A DNA stretch of 64,000 nucleotides, from the NCBI GenBank assembly GCA_013288345.1, contig JABDCA010000004.1, forward strand, positions 67,577 to 131,576, in the 5' to 3' direction. Shown here in pieces: positions 18,109 to 27,680 of this stretch. A program made the position numbers and the translations under genes. The notes beneath the pieces were generated by a model. The model worked only from the letters and a program-made list of their open reading frames with translations. It was not told the DNA's origin and did no database searches. The stretch comes from Bacteroidota bacterium (GTDB lineage: Bacteria; Bacteroidota; Bacteroidia; JABEUT01). Numbering within the stretch: the first letter of the stretch is position 1; the number at the start of each line of letters is the position of its first letter.

Positions 18109-19155
18109 ATGACAAAAAAAGCAACAAATACCTTTGACCCAGATGGCCCAGCTAAAGCCGACACACTATTCGGCTTACCCTATACAGTAGAGAACGCTAA
18201 AGTAGTTGCCCTCCCTGTTCCATGGGATGTAACCGTATCGTACCAAAGCGGAGCAGCCAAAGGCCCTGAAGCTATTTTAAATGCATCAGTGCAGGTTGAT
18301 CTGTTCGATGAAAAGATACCCAATGCATGGAAGATTGGTATTGCCATGGAAGAAATGCCTGACAAATGGATAAAGAAGAGCAAAAAGTTACGCCCTAAAG
18401 CTGAAGCATATATTGATATGTTCACCAATGGCAAAACAGACAATAAAAAGGCGCAGGATGTTTTGAACGAGATAAATACTGAATGCAAGGAATTAATGAA
18501 ATGGGTAAAAGATAAATCGCTTGCTCATTTAAAGAAGAACAAAATTGTAGCACTTATAGGTGGCGACCACAGTACCCCGCTTGGGCTTATGCAGGCAGTA
18601 TCGGAACATTGCAGTTCATTTGGTATATTACATATAGACGCTCATTGCGATTTACGTAATGCGTATGAGGGTTTTACCTATTCACATGCATCTATTATGT
18701 TTAATGCGTTAAAGATCAAAAATCTTGAGCGATTAGTACAAGTGGGCATCCGAGATTATTCTGAAGGAGAAAATGCCATTATACAAAACTCAAAAGGCAG
18801 GGTAAAACTTTTTAGCGACAAGGCTATGAAGGATAAAATGTTCCATGGTGCTTCGTGGTATGAAATTACGCAGGGCATTATTTCTACGCTGCCTAAACAG
18901 GTATATATAAGCTTTGATATTGATGGACTTGACCCTAAGCTATGCCCTAACACAGGCACGCCTGTACCTGGAGGTTTGCAGTTTTGGGAAGCCATTCACT
19001 TAATAGAGATGGTGGTAGAATCAGGTCGGCAAATTGTAGCATTTGATATAAATGAAGTTGCACCCGGTAAAGATGAATGGGATGCAAATGTTGGCGCAAG
19101 GCTGCTTTACAAAATGGCAAACCTGGCCGCTACATCAACCGGAGCCAAAAGCTAA
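18109..19155 (+). CDS. arginase/agmatinase/formiminoglutamase-family ureohydrolase
   Basis: Mn-ligand motifs GGDHS, DAHCDL and SFDIDGLDP are present. Confidence 0.8.
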   Translation: MTKKATNTFDPDGPAKADTLFGLPYTVENAKVVALPVPWDVTVSYQSGAAKGPEAILNASVQVDLFDEKIPNAWKIGIAMEEMPDKWIKKSKKLRPKAEAYIDMFTNGKTDNKKAQDVLNEINTECKELMKWVKDKSLAHLKKNKIVALIGGDHSTPLGLMQAVSEHCSSFGILHIDAHCDLRNAYEGFTYSHASIMFNALKIKNLERLVQVGIRDYSEGENAIIQNSKGRVKLFSDKAMKDKMFHGASWYEITQGIISTLPKQVYISFDIDGLDPKLCPNTGTPVPGGLQFWEAIHLIEMVVESGRQIVAFDINEVAPGKDEWDANVGARLLYKMANLAATSTGAKS

Positions 19156-19156
19156 A

Positions 19157-20314
19157 CTACAGCGCAGACCTCATTAGCAGAAGGCTTGGCCTGTACCTAT
19201 CCTCTAAATAAATAGAATGAAGTTCTAACAGAAGGTCAAGTACTTTTTGTTGACCTATTTCACCAGCCCATGCAATAAGCCCTTTAGGGTAATTCACTCC
19301 TTTGGTCATTGCTAACTCCAAGTCTTCCTTGCTTGCAACGTTCATATAAAGAGCGTCATACGCCTCGTTTATGAGCATAGCTATTATTCGTGAAAATATT
19401 TCTGCGCCCAGTTCCATATCTTTATTAGGTTCAGGCATTACAGCATTTTCTGCATAACTATAATAGCCACGTCCTTTTTTCTTACCCCAAAAACCCGCTT
19501 CGTATAATCTTTTCTGTGTTAACGATGGCTTGTACCTGCCATCATAAAACATCTGCGTCCAGACGGTTTCAGTTACTTTAAAGTTAATATCGTTTCCAAT
19601 AAAGTCCATCAACTCAAATGGGCCCATTCTAAAGCCACCAATTTCTTTCATTGCCCAGTCAATGGTTGCAAAGTCGGCAATACCTTCTTCATATATGCGA
19701 ATAGCTTCACCGTAAAAGGGCCTGGCAACACGGTTTACTATAAACCCCGGAGTATCTTTAGCTATTACAGTAGTTTTATTCCATGTATCAATTAGTGCAC
19801 GCGATTCATCTACAATTGCTTTGCTTGTTGCAATACCAGGTACAATTTCGACCAATGGCATTATTGGTGCAGGGTTAAAAAAGTGAATACCCACAACTCT
19901 TTCCGGCTTGCTACACGATGCGGCAATTGATGTTACAGATAAAGAAGAAGTATTAGTTGCCAAAATACAATCAGCCGAAATGATAGTCTCCAGTTTTTTA
20001 AATATCTCCTGCTTCACCCCTATCTCTTCAATAACTGCTTCAATAATTAAATCGCATTTGGCAAACTCATCAAAAGATGCAGCATGATGAATATTAGCAA
20101 TGGTACTTTTAGCTGCATCGTCCGTTATCTTCCCTTTTTGCGCAAGGCCTTCAAGTGATTTACGGAGCTTTTCATCAGCCTGTTTTAATACGGCGGCATT
20201 AGCATCGAACAACACCGTTTTATGCCCGAATGATGCAGCAAGCTGGGCAATACCACTGCCCATTGTACCGGCGCCTATTACCCCAATGCAAGAATCTTTA
20301 CTTAGTTTTTTCAT
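19157..20314 (-). CDS. 3-hydroxyacyl-CoA (3-hydroxybutyryl-CoA) dehydrogenase family protein
   Basis: Rossmann motif IGVIGAGTMGSGIAQ, then HFFNPAP and the C-terminal dimerisation domain. Confidence 0.85.
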   Translation of the reverse strand: MKKLSKDSCIGVIGAGTMGSGIAQLAASFGHKTVLFDANAAVLKQADEKLRKSLEGLAQKGKITDDAAKSTIANIHHAASFDEFAKCDLIIEAVIEEIGVKQEIFKKLETIISADCILATNTSSLSVTSIAASCSKPERVVGIHFFNPAPIMPLVEIVPGIATSKAIVDESRALIDTWNKTTVIAKDTPGFIVNRVARPFYGEAIRIYEEGIADFATIDWAMKEIGGFRMGPFELMDFIGNDINFKVTETVWTQMFYDGRYKPSLTQKRLYEAGFWGKKKGRGYYSYAENAVMPEPNKDMELGAEIFSRIIAMLINEAYDALYMNVASKEDLELAMTKGVNYPKGLIAWAGEIGQQKVLDLLLELHSIYLEDRYRPSLLLMRSAL

Positions 20315-21390
20315 ATACTTATTTTGTTTTCTAATAAACTCATTACTGTTTTAGCCCATGTTTCGGGGCTTATTTTTGATGCAAGTGCTGTGCTCATTTT
20401 ACCCATTTTCGATAATTCAGAATCAGGCAATGAAGTGATTTTTTTAATGCATTCTTTCAATGCATTAATATCACCTGCATGATAAATATAGCCATTCTCT
20501 TTATCTCTTAAAAAAGCTTCTACAGAACCCACTTCATCAGAACATATCAAAGGAAAACCGGCAGCAGCAAACTCCTGAAGTACAACCCCCCAGGGTTCAA
20601 AATGGCTGGGCATAACAAACACGCCTGTACCCATTAAGTATGGCTCCATATCTTTAGGCTGAATAAAACCAAAGTGTTTTATTTTTGGGTGAATAACAGG
20701 TTCAACGTCACCTACCCCCAGGCACCAAAGTTCCCAATCGTTATTACTTTCTTTTTGCCATTGTATAAATGCTTCCCATAAGTCCTTTACTCCTTTAAAT
20801 TCATAATACCTCCCTACAAATATCAACCTGTGTGGATAGTTTTTTTGTTTAAAAGAGTTTATTTTTTCACCCAAAGCCTTAAAGTAATTTGTATCTGCCG
20901 AATAATACCCGGTCATTATCTGGTTATCCTTAAATCCAAGCTTTAATGCATATTTCTTTTGCTTTTGCCCAGGCACCCAGCAATGAGAAAATATTTTATA
21001 CAACGTAAAGCGGCTTAAAATGCAGGCTACCTGTTGCCTGAATGTTCCTGTCCACTTAGTATCTAAACCAATAACTACTGGTATTTTACTTTTATACCCT
21101 TGCGCTACAGTCATATAATCTCTGTCCATCCATCCGCTGCAATAAATAAAATCGGGCGAAATGGCTTGCACTTTTTCTTTAAGGCTTTTTAAATCGAATT
21201 GGTTTCTATCATAAAAATTTACTCCGGAAGGAAATTCAAAAGCAAAAGGAGCTTCCTTATTTACCGGCCAGTGCATTACATGCACCTCCACATCATTGCC
21301 TGATACCAATTCCCTGATGCAAGCCAGGAAATAATCAGCCAACTCACTATAAAGAAACAGCAACCTTGGCTTTTTCAGTAACAATGACAT
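20311..21390 (-). CDS. glycosyltransferase family 4 (GT-B)
   Basis: C-terminal EPWGVVLQEFAAAGFPLICSD (E-x7-E) motif. The start overlaps the upstream gene by 44 nt, so it may be later or non-ATG. Confidence 0.75.
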   Translation of the reverse strand: MSLLLKKPRLLFLYSELADYFLACIRELVSGNDVEVHVMHWPVNKEAPFAFEFPSGVNFYDRNQFDLKSLKEKVQAISPDFIYCSGWMDRDYMTVAQGYKSKIPVVIGLDTKWTGTFRQQVACILSRFTLYKIFSHCWVPGQKQKKYALKLGFKDNQIMTGYYSADTNYFKALGEKINSFKQKNYPHRLIFVGRYYEFKGVKDLWEAFIQWQKESNNDWELWCLGVGDVEPVIHPKIKHFGFIQPKDMEPYLMGTGVFVMPSHFEPWGVVLQEFAAAGFPLICSDEVGSVEAFLRDKENGYIYHAGDINALKECIKKITSLPDSELSKMGKMSTALASKISPETWAKTVMSLLENKISI

Positions 21391-22660
21391 CGTTAGTTAT
21401 AATTGATAAAATAATAAACAGAAGTATTGTAAAAGGATTTAGTGAGGCTGTAAGCCATGATTCGAAGAAAGAAGAAAATATAACGGCATACATAATCGGA
21501 AGCGCTAAAGCTGTCTTTTTTATGCCTTTAATAAAAGAAGACATGAATGCAAAAACAAAACAACTTAGTCCGATAAGGCCTGTATCAAGCCATAAAGTAA
21601 GGTATGAATTGTGTACATTACCCAAGTGGCCGAGAGCCTGTAGGTACTCAACATTTTTAGGTATACTAAAAAGGTAGGATGTATACTCAAAGCCTCTTCC
21701 TATCCAAAAATTTTCCTGTATATGCTCCCAGGTAAACTTCCAAGCAACAAAACGGCCCGATGCTTCTTCTAATGTATTTATCCGCAGGTAATTCTGAAGG
21801 CCTATTGTGTTTATAATGCCAACCAGGTTGGCAGAAATATAGCTATACGTAGTGGCAAACACAATAGCCACAATTGTACCCAAAATAGCAGATCTTTTAT
21901 AAAGAAAGGTAAACACAACATAAATTATCAAACCAAAAAGGCTTCCGCGAGAACCTGATAAAAGAACAGATAACACAATATACCCATAGATAAACATTTT
22001 CTCTCTTTTACCGAATAAGTCAGGGAAGAAATCAATTACAACGGTAAACAAAAGAAAAAGTAACAGGCAAAATATACCCAGTCCGTTAGGGTTACCAAAC
22101 ATGCCTTCGTAACGATCCTCTCTTGTAACTATATCAGGACTTAAGAACTTGAAAACAAAACCGAGCAATAAAATTCCGGCACATAGATATACCAACATTT
22201 TATAAAACTCTTTACCCCTCATTAGGTGAGCTTTTTGTACATAATTTGGAACTACAAGTAACAGAAAAATATAAGAAGCTGTCTTTTCAATTGAATTGAC
22301 TAGTGACTCTGAGGGAGCATAGAATATACAGATTATGGCAATTGTAAAAAAGGGGAAAAACCTAAAATAAAAATTATTAAATGGCGCAAACCCTTTACTG
22401 TCAATAACCAAAAAAACGGCTAATAGAATAATATATATTTCTTTAGCATTTACTGCAAACTGAAGGCTTCCAACCCTACTATCGGACAGTATAAGTATAA
22501 AAATAAAGCCCAAAAGCAATTCCAGGTACTGGTCCCTGCCCTTCATGAAAATTAATGTAACAGGCAAATAGAAATATATAACAGGTCCGGCATACATACC
22601 AACCAATGCCCATGATAGCATAATTAGTATAAGACTTCTGTATTGATTGAATATTTTCAA
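21347..22660 (-). CDS. O-antigen ligase/polymerase-like (Wzy_C family) membrane protein
   Basis: About 11 predicted TM helices and a loop with HLGNVHNSYLTLWLDTGLIG, typical of the family. Confidence 0.7.
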   Translation of the reverse strand: MKIFNQYRSLILIMLSWALVGMYAGPVIYFYLPVTLIFMKGRDQYLELLLGFIFILILSDSRVGSLQFAVNAKEIYIILLAVFLVIDSKGFAPFNNFYFRFFPFFTIAIICIFYAPSESLVNSIEKTASYIFLLLVVPNYVQKAHLMRGKEFYKMLVYLCAGILLLGFVFKFLSPDIVTREDRYEGMFGNPNGLGIFCLLLFLLFTVVIDFFPDLFGKREKMFIYGYIVLSVLLSGSRGSLFGLIIYVVFTFLYKRSAILGTIVAIVFATTYSYISANLVGIINTIGLQNYLRINTLEEASGRFVAWKFTWEHIQENFWIGRGFEYTSYLFSIPKNVEYLQALGHLGNVHNSYLTLWLDTGLIGLSCFVFAFMSSFIKGIKKTALALPIMYAVIFSSFFESWLTASLNPFTILLFIILSIITNDVIVTEKAKVAVSL

Positions 22661-22765
22661 ATGAATTTATATAAAAAGCCAAAAATATAAAAGTAAGCTT
22701 TTTAGGGGCTTGCTTTATCCGCTAAAAAATAATGAGTTAATAGGTGGCTTCTTTAAAACAAATCC

Positions 22766-22773
22766 TAACTTTG
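22766..22773 (+). promoter_or_regulatory. -7 promoter box (TAnnTTTG)
   Basis: TAACTTTG, 38 nt upstream of the ATG at 22812. Confidence 0.4.
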
Positions 22774-22811
22774 CTAATTGTATAGTATTCGTACACTTTT
22801 ATTATATTGTT

Positions 22812-25235
22812 ATGCCTAAAACAGAGGAATTACAAAACTTGTCGCAGAAGAACGAAATATCATTTGAAGAATTCAGGAAAGCAGTGCTGGTAGACTACCG
22901 TATTGCCAATGAAAGCCGTGAAGCAAGCTTATTAGGCCGCAAGGAAGTACTTTCGGGCAAGGCTAAATTCGGAATATTTGGTGATGGTAAGGAAATAGCA
23001 CAGTTAGCTATGGCAAAGGCTTTCAAAAAGGGCGATTTCAGGTCGGGCTATTACCGCGACCAAACCTTTATGTTTGCTATTGGTGAACTTACAATGCAAC
23101 AATGGTTTGCCGGGCTATATGCACATGCCGATTTAGCCGCTGAACCATCAGCAGCAGGCAGGCAAATGGGTGGTCACTATTCTACCCAAAGCATAAACCC
23201 CGATGGTTCGTGGAAAAACCTTACAGATAAATACAATTCATCATCTGACATATCGCCTACCGGCGGTCAAATGCCAAGGTTATTAGGCTTAGCACTTGCA
23301 TCTAAATTATTCAGGACTAATACCAATCTACATTCATCAGAATTTGAAAAATTCAGCAAAAAAGGCGATGAAATAGCTTTTGGAACAATTGGCGATGCCA
23401 GCACATCTGAAGGGCTGTTTTGGGAATCGATTAACGCAGCGGGTGTAATGCAAATACCTATGCTGGTATCGGTATGGGATGACGGCTATGGAATATCGGT
23501 ACCCAAAAAATACCAAACCACTAAAGGTGATATACATGAGGCACTGAGTGGTATGCAAAGGGACAAAAAAGCTCCCGGTTTTGAAATGTATAAGGTAAAG
23601 GCATGGGATTATTCAGCCCTTTGTGATGTTTACGAAAAAGCTGCCGCTCTTTGCCGTACTGAACATATTCCGGCATTGATACATGTAGAAGAAGTAACCC
23701 AACCGCAAGGCCACTCCACCTCAGGCTCGCACGAACGCTATAAAAGCCCTGAACGCCTGCAATGGGAAAAAGACTTTGACGGCATAAAGAAAATGCGCGA
23801 ATGGGTTTTAAAATTCGCCATTGCTACTGAAGCAGAATTAACTGAAATAGAAGAAAAAGCAAAAGAAACCGTAAAAGAAGCCCGCAATAATGCATGGGCT
23901 GCTTATACCGGGCCTATTAAACAAGAAGCGGCAGAAGCCATTGCACTTATACTTGCGACAGTTGAAGGCACCCCGCACCTTGATGCAGTAAATAAATTTA
24001 TTGCTGAAATTAAAACTGCTAAGGATCCAATGCGCAAAGACACTGTAATTGCCATAAAAAAGACCTTAAGACTTACCTGCAATAATAATTCACCTGCACG
24101 CGAAGCGTTACAGAAGTTCAGCAACGAATATGCTGTATTGAATGAAGACAGATACGATTCATTGCTCTATACAAACGAAGTGCTTTCTGTTGCTGAAGTA
24201 AAACCTGATTACAGCAGTGATGAAAGTGCAAACGGCTATGAAATACTGCGCGATAATTTTGATGCGATCCTTGGCAAATACCCTGAAGTAGTAATATTTG
24301 GCGAAGACTCAGGTAAACTGGGTGGCGTTAACCAGGGGCTTGAGAACATGCAAAAAAAGTATGGCGAAGAACGTGTATTTGATACCGGCATTCGCGAAGC
24401 CACTATTATTGGGCAGGCGATAGGCCTTGCATTGCGTGGCCTCCGCCCCATTGCAGAAATACAGTACCTCGATTATTTACTGTACGCGCTTCAAATACTT
24501 AGCGATGATCTGGCAACGCTTGCCTATCGCACTAAAGGCACACAACGTGCACCTGTAATCATACGTACCCGTGGCCACAGGCTCGAAGGTATATGGCACA
24601 GTGGTTCGCCAATGGGAATGATTATAAATTCGTTACGTGGCATATATGTATGCGTACCGCGTAATATGACACAGGCAGCAGGTTTTTACAATACTCTCCT
24701 TTCTGCCAACGAACCCGGAATTATTATTGAGCCATTGAACAGCTACCGCCTGAAAGAAAAAAGGCCGGGCAACTTTGGCGAATTCAAATTACCATTAGGC
24801 ATACCGGAAGTTATTCGTGAAGGTAAAGATGTAACTATCGTTACTTATGGCCCGCTTTGTCGTATGGCTGTAGAAGCGGCACAACAACTGGAAGCAGAAA
24901 ATATTTCAGTTGAAGTAATAGATGTACAAACCTTATTGCCATTCGATATTAACCACAGCATTGTGGAATCACTGAAGAAAACAAACAGAGTATTGTTTTT
25001 AGATGAGGACGTGAAAGGCGGAGCGAGTGCTTTTATGATGGAAAAGGTATTAGAGGAACAGGGTGGATATGCACATTTAGATTCTGCGCCAAGAACTTTG
25101 ACAGCCAAGGATCATCGTCCTGCTTATGGATCTGATGGAGATTTTTTCTCTAAGCCATCGGTAGAAGATATTTTTGATACTGTTTACAGTATAATGAATG
25201 AGGCTGACCCATCGGCACACCCTGATATTTATTGA
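22812..25235 (+). CDS. 2-oxoacid dehydrogenase E1 component, fused alpha/beta subunits (TPP-dependent)
   Basis: 807 aa from MPKTEELQ. The alpha-like half has GDASTSEG. The beta-like half has VIFGEDSGKLGGVNQG...DTGIREATIIG. The track start at 22710 adds an implausible N-terminus. Confidence 0.85.
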   Translation: MPKTEELQNLSQKNEISFEEFRKAVLVDYRIANESREASLLGRKEVLSGKAKFGIFGDGKEIAQLAMAKAFKKGDFRSGYYRDQTFMFAIGELTMQQWFAGLYAHADLAAEPSAAGRQMGGHYSTQSINPDGSWKNLTDKYNSSSDISPTGGQMPRLLGLALASKLFRTNTNLHSSEFEKFSKKGDEIAFGTIGDASTSEGLFWESINAAGVMQIPMLVSVWDDGYGISVPKKYQTTKGDIHEALSGMQRDKKAPGFEMYKVKAWDYSALCDVYEKAAALCRTEHIPALIHVEEVTQPQGHSTSGSHERYKSPERLQWEKDFDGIKKMREWVLKFAIATEAELTEIEEKAKETVKEARNNAWAAYTGPIKQEAAEAIALILATVEGTPHLDAVNKFIAEIKTAKDPMRKDTVIAIKKTLRLTCNNNSPAREALQKFSNEYAVLNEDRYDSLLYTNEVLSVAEVKPDYSSDESANGYEILRDNFDAILGKYPEVVIFGEDSGKLGGVNQGLENMQKKYGEERVFDTGIREATIIGQAIGLALRGLRPIAEIQYLDYLLYALQILSDDLATLAYRTKGTQRAPVIIRTRGHRLEGIWHSGSPMGMIINSLRGIYVCVPRNMTQAAGFYNTLLSANEPGIIIEPLNSYRLKEKRPGNFGEFKLPLGIPEVIREGKDVTIVTYGPLCRMAVEAAQQLEAENISVEVIDVQTLLPFDINHSIVESLKKTNRVLFLDEDVKGGASAFMMEKVLEEQGGYAHLDSAPRTLTAKDHRPAYGSDGDFFSKPSVEDIFDTVYSIMNEADPSAHPDIY

Positions 25236-25290
25236 GAATAACGCATTATAGTTAATAACGTAAGTTTTTAAGCTTACATACATACCTTTT

Positions 25291-26386
25291 ATGATTACAC
25301 AAGAGCAGGTAAAAGAGGTGAAGGAGCGATTTGACGCGCTGAGGGGGCATCTTTGACATCGACAAACGGTTAACTAAGATTGCTGAAGGAGAAGCCATAA
25401 CACTTGGAGCTGATTTCTGGAACGAGCCTAAGAAAGCACAGGTCGTGCTGAAACAAATTAAGCTTCAAAAGAATTGGACCGAAGCATATAGCAAGTTGGA
25501 AAAGAGTGTTGAGGACCTTATTCTCACCTACGATTTCTTTAAACAAGAGGCAGCCACAGAGAAAGAACTGGACGACCAGTACAACCAAACCTTAAAACTT
25601 ATTGAGGAATTGGAGTTCAGAAACATGCTCGGTTCGGAAGAAGATTCGCTGAATGCTGTAATAGAAATAAACTCAGGCGCAGGTGGCACCGAAAGCCAGG
25701 ACTGGACCTATATGCTTATGCGTATGTACCTGATGTGGGCCGAAAAGAAAGGCTATTCGGTAAAAGAAGTAGAGCTATCGCAGGGTGAAACAGCAGGTAT
25801 AAAGTCGGTAACACTCGAGATTGAAGGAGAATATGCCTTTGGTTATTTGAAGGGAGAGAATGGCGTACACCGCCTTGTTCGTATCTCTCCGTTTGATGCC
25901 AATGCACGCAGGCATACATCTTTTGCATCGGTATATGTGTACCCTTTAATAGATGAAAACATTGATATACAAATAAACCCCGCTGATATAGAATGGGAAA
26001 CATTCCGTTCGGGTGGTAAAGGCGGACAGAACGTAAACAAGGTAGAAACAGCAGTACGCCTTTATCACAAGCCATCTGGTATTGTAATTAAGAACCAGGA
26101 ATCGCGCTCGCAATTACAAAATAAAGACAAGGCTATGCACATGTTAAAATCTCAGCTTTATGAGCGAGAGATGCGCAAAAAAATGGAAACCGTGGCTGTT
26201 ATTGAAAGTGGTAAAAAGAAGATAGAATGGGGTTCACAAATACGGAACTATGTAATGCACCCTTATAAATTGGTAAAGGACCTGCGCACCGATTACGAAA
26301 CATCGAACGTGCAAGGCGTGATGAATGGTGAACTGGATGACTTTATTAAGAGCTACCTAATGGAGTTTGGCAGCGGGACGAAGTAA
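25291..26386 (+). CDS. prfB: peptide chain release factor 2, requires a programmed +1 frameshift at 25351..25357
   Basis: Frame 0 reads [21 protein letters not shown] then TGA. The +1 frame continues [11 protein letters not shown]... into the track ORF with the SPF and GGQ motifs. The joined product is 364 aa. Confidence 0.93.
25342..25357 (+). other. prfB recoding site: SD-like AGGGGG, 3-nt spacer, CTT TGA C slippery/stop
   Basis: AGGGGGCATCTTTGAC, nearly identical to the E. coli prfB site AGGGGGTATCTTTGAC. Confidence 0.9.
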
Positions 26387-26414
26387 GGATGTTCATTGAT
26401 TGATGCTCGTTACA

Positions 26415-26595
26415 ATATATCGCCCCGATGGGGCTTAAAATGATTTCTGTTCGATAATCTTCTACCAAGATATCGTCCCTACCGGGACTAAATACATGCA
26501 AAGGTTTATTATAACTAGCTTAACCCCATAGGGGTTCAATCTTGGTAGAAATTAAAACGAATAAATTGTTCAAAGCCCCGTCGGGGCGAAATATG
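26415..26595. repeat. about 180-bp imperfect palindrome built from two inverted about 75-nt units, four GC-rich hairpins
   Basis: Hairpins at 26421..26433, 26474..26487, 26521..26535 and 26574..26586. TTCTACCAAGAT (26459..26470) is inverted at 26538..26549. Lies between convergent prfB and the CPBP gene. Confidence 0.75.
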
Positions 26596-26611
26596 AATAA
26601 CTCAACAGAAC

Positions 26612-27562
26612 CTACTCCAACGGTATTTCCTTCTTCTTGTGCTCTATCCTGTAAATAAGCATCATTAAAACACCCACTACTACTGTACTTACAATCACGT
26701 ACCCTATTTGTGCGTTGTTGGTACCTACTTCATCAAACTTTTTTGGCAAAAGGTTTCTTTCTTCTAAATACATTAAGAATACTACCGTTGCATTATTGAT
26801 GAAGTGTGCAAAGATCGGTACCCAAATTGATTTTGACCAAACAAAGAGATAGCCGAGGTAAACACCCATAAGCATACGTGGGAAGAACCCAAAAAACTCT
26901 AAGTGAATTGCACTGAATAATATACCCGTGAGCCATACCCCAGCATGTATATTGCCTGTGGCTTTAATAACCAATTGTTGCAATGTAGCCCTGAAGAACA
27001 ATTCCTCAGCTACAGCAGCTAAAAGCCCTATCATAAATAAATTAAATAAAAAACCTTTTAAACTCTGATGCTTCATAAAGGCGTTTGTCATTGCCTCAGC
27101 ATCATCTTCTTTCGATCTCATCCAGCTTTGTATATCTTGCATAAATGCAGGCAATTGCATGTGGCTATTTAATTCACCCATGTAGTTTATTAATGGGATA
27201 GCACATAACATCAATAATCCACCTAAAAGCAATACGCTCAAATTCCCCACCCTATTTATGTGCAGGTAATTTAACCTGCTCCTGGAAGCCAATAATGAAA
27301 ATACTAGCGCCGGAACAATAAACACACCAAAAGCGGTTACAACCTGAAAAATCTTCAACCCCATTACTACATTTGGTTTATCCAAGTACCCCACACCGCT
27401 TAGTTGCTCTGCAGTTGTACCTGTTATTGTCGAAGCAAGCCACAAACCCAACAGGATAGACCCCACTAAGGACACAAAGAACAGCCCCAGTAAAGTGAAG
27501 AACTGTACAAATAATGGTACGTTATCAAAGGGGGCCGGACGCTGTAATTGCTCCATATTCAT
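26612..27562 (-). CDS. CPBP-family intramembrane glutamic endopeptidase (CAAX protease-like)
   Basis: Multi-TM protein with motifs EELFFR, FSAIH and HFINN. Confidence 0.85.
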   Translation of the reverse strand: MNMEQLQRPAPFDNVPLFVQFFTLLGLFFVSLVGSILLGLWLASTITGTTAEQLSGVGYLDKPNVVMGLKIFQVVTAFGVFIVPALVFSLLASRSRLNYLHINRVGNLSVLLLGGLLMLCAIPLINYMGELNSHMQLPAFMQDIQSWMRSKEDDAEAMTNAFMKHQSLKGFLFNLFMIGLLAAVAEELFFRATLQQLVIKATGNIHAGVWLTGILFSAIHLEFFGFFPRMLMGVYLGYLFVWSKSIWVPIFAHFINNATVVFLMYLEERNLLPKKFDEVGTNNAQIGYVIVSTVVVGVLMMLIYRIEHKKKEIPLE

Positions 27563-27652
27563 GCTTTTGCGGTATATTTGCTTACCGGTTATCTAATCGT
27601 TTATTAAAGGTGTTCGCGAATATAAATTTACCTTTATTAGATATTGATAATT

Positions 27653-27660
27653 TATATTTG
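27653..27660 (+). promoter_or_regulatory. -7 promoter box (TAnnTTTG)
   Basis: TATATTTG, 20 nt upstream of the ATG at 27681. Confidence 0.45.
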
Positions 27661-27680
27661 CAAATGTAACGTTTTACTTA

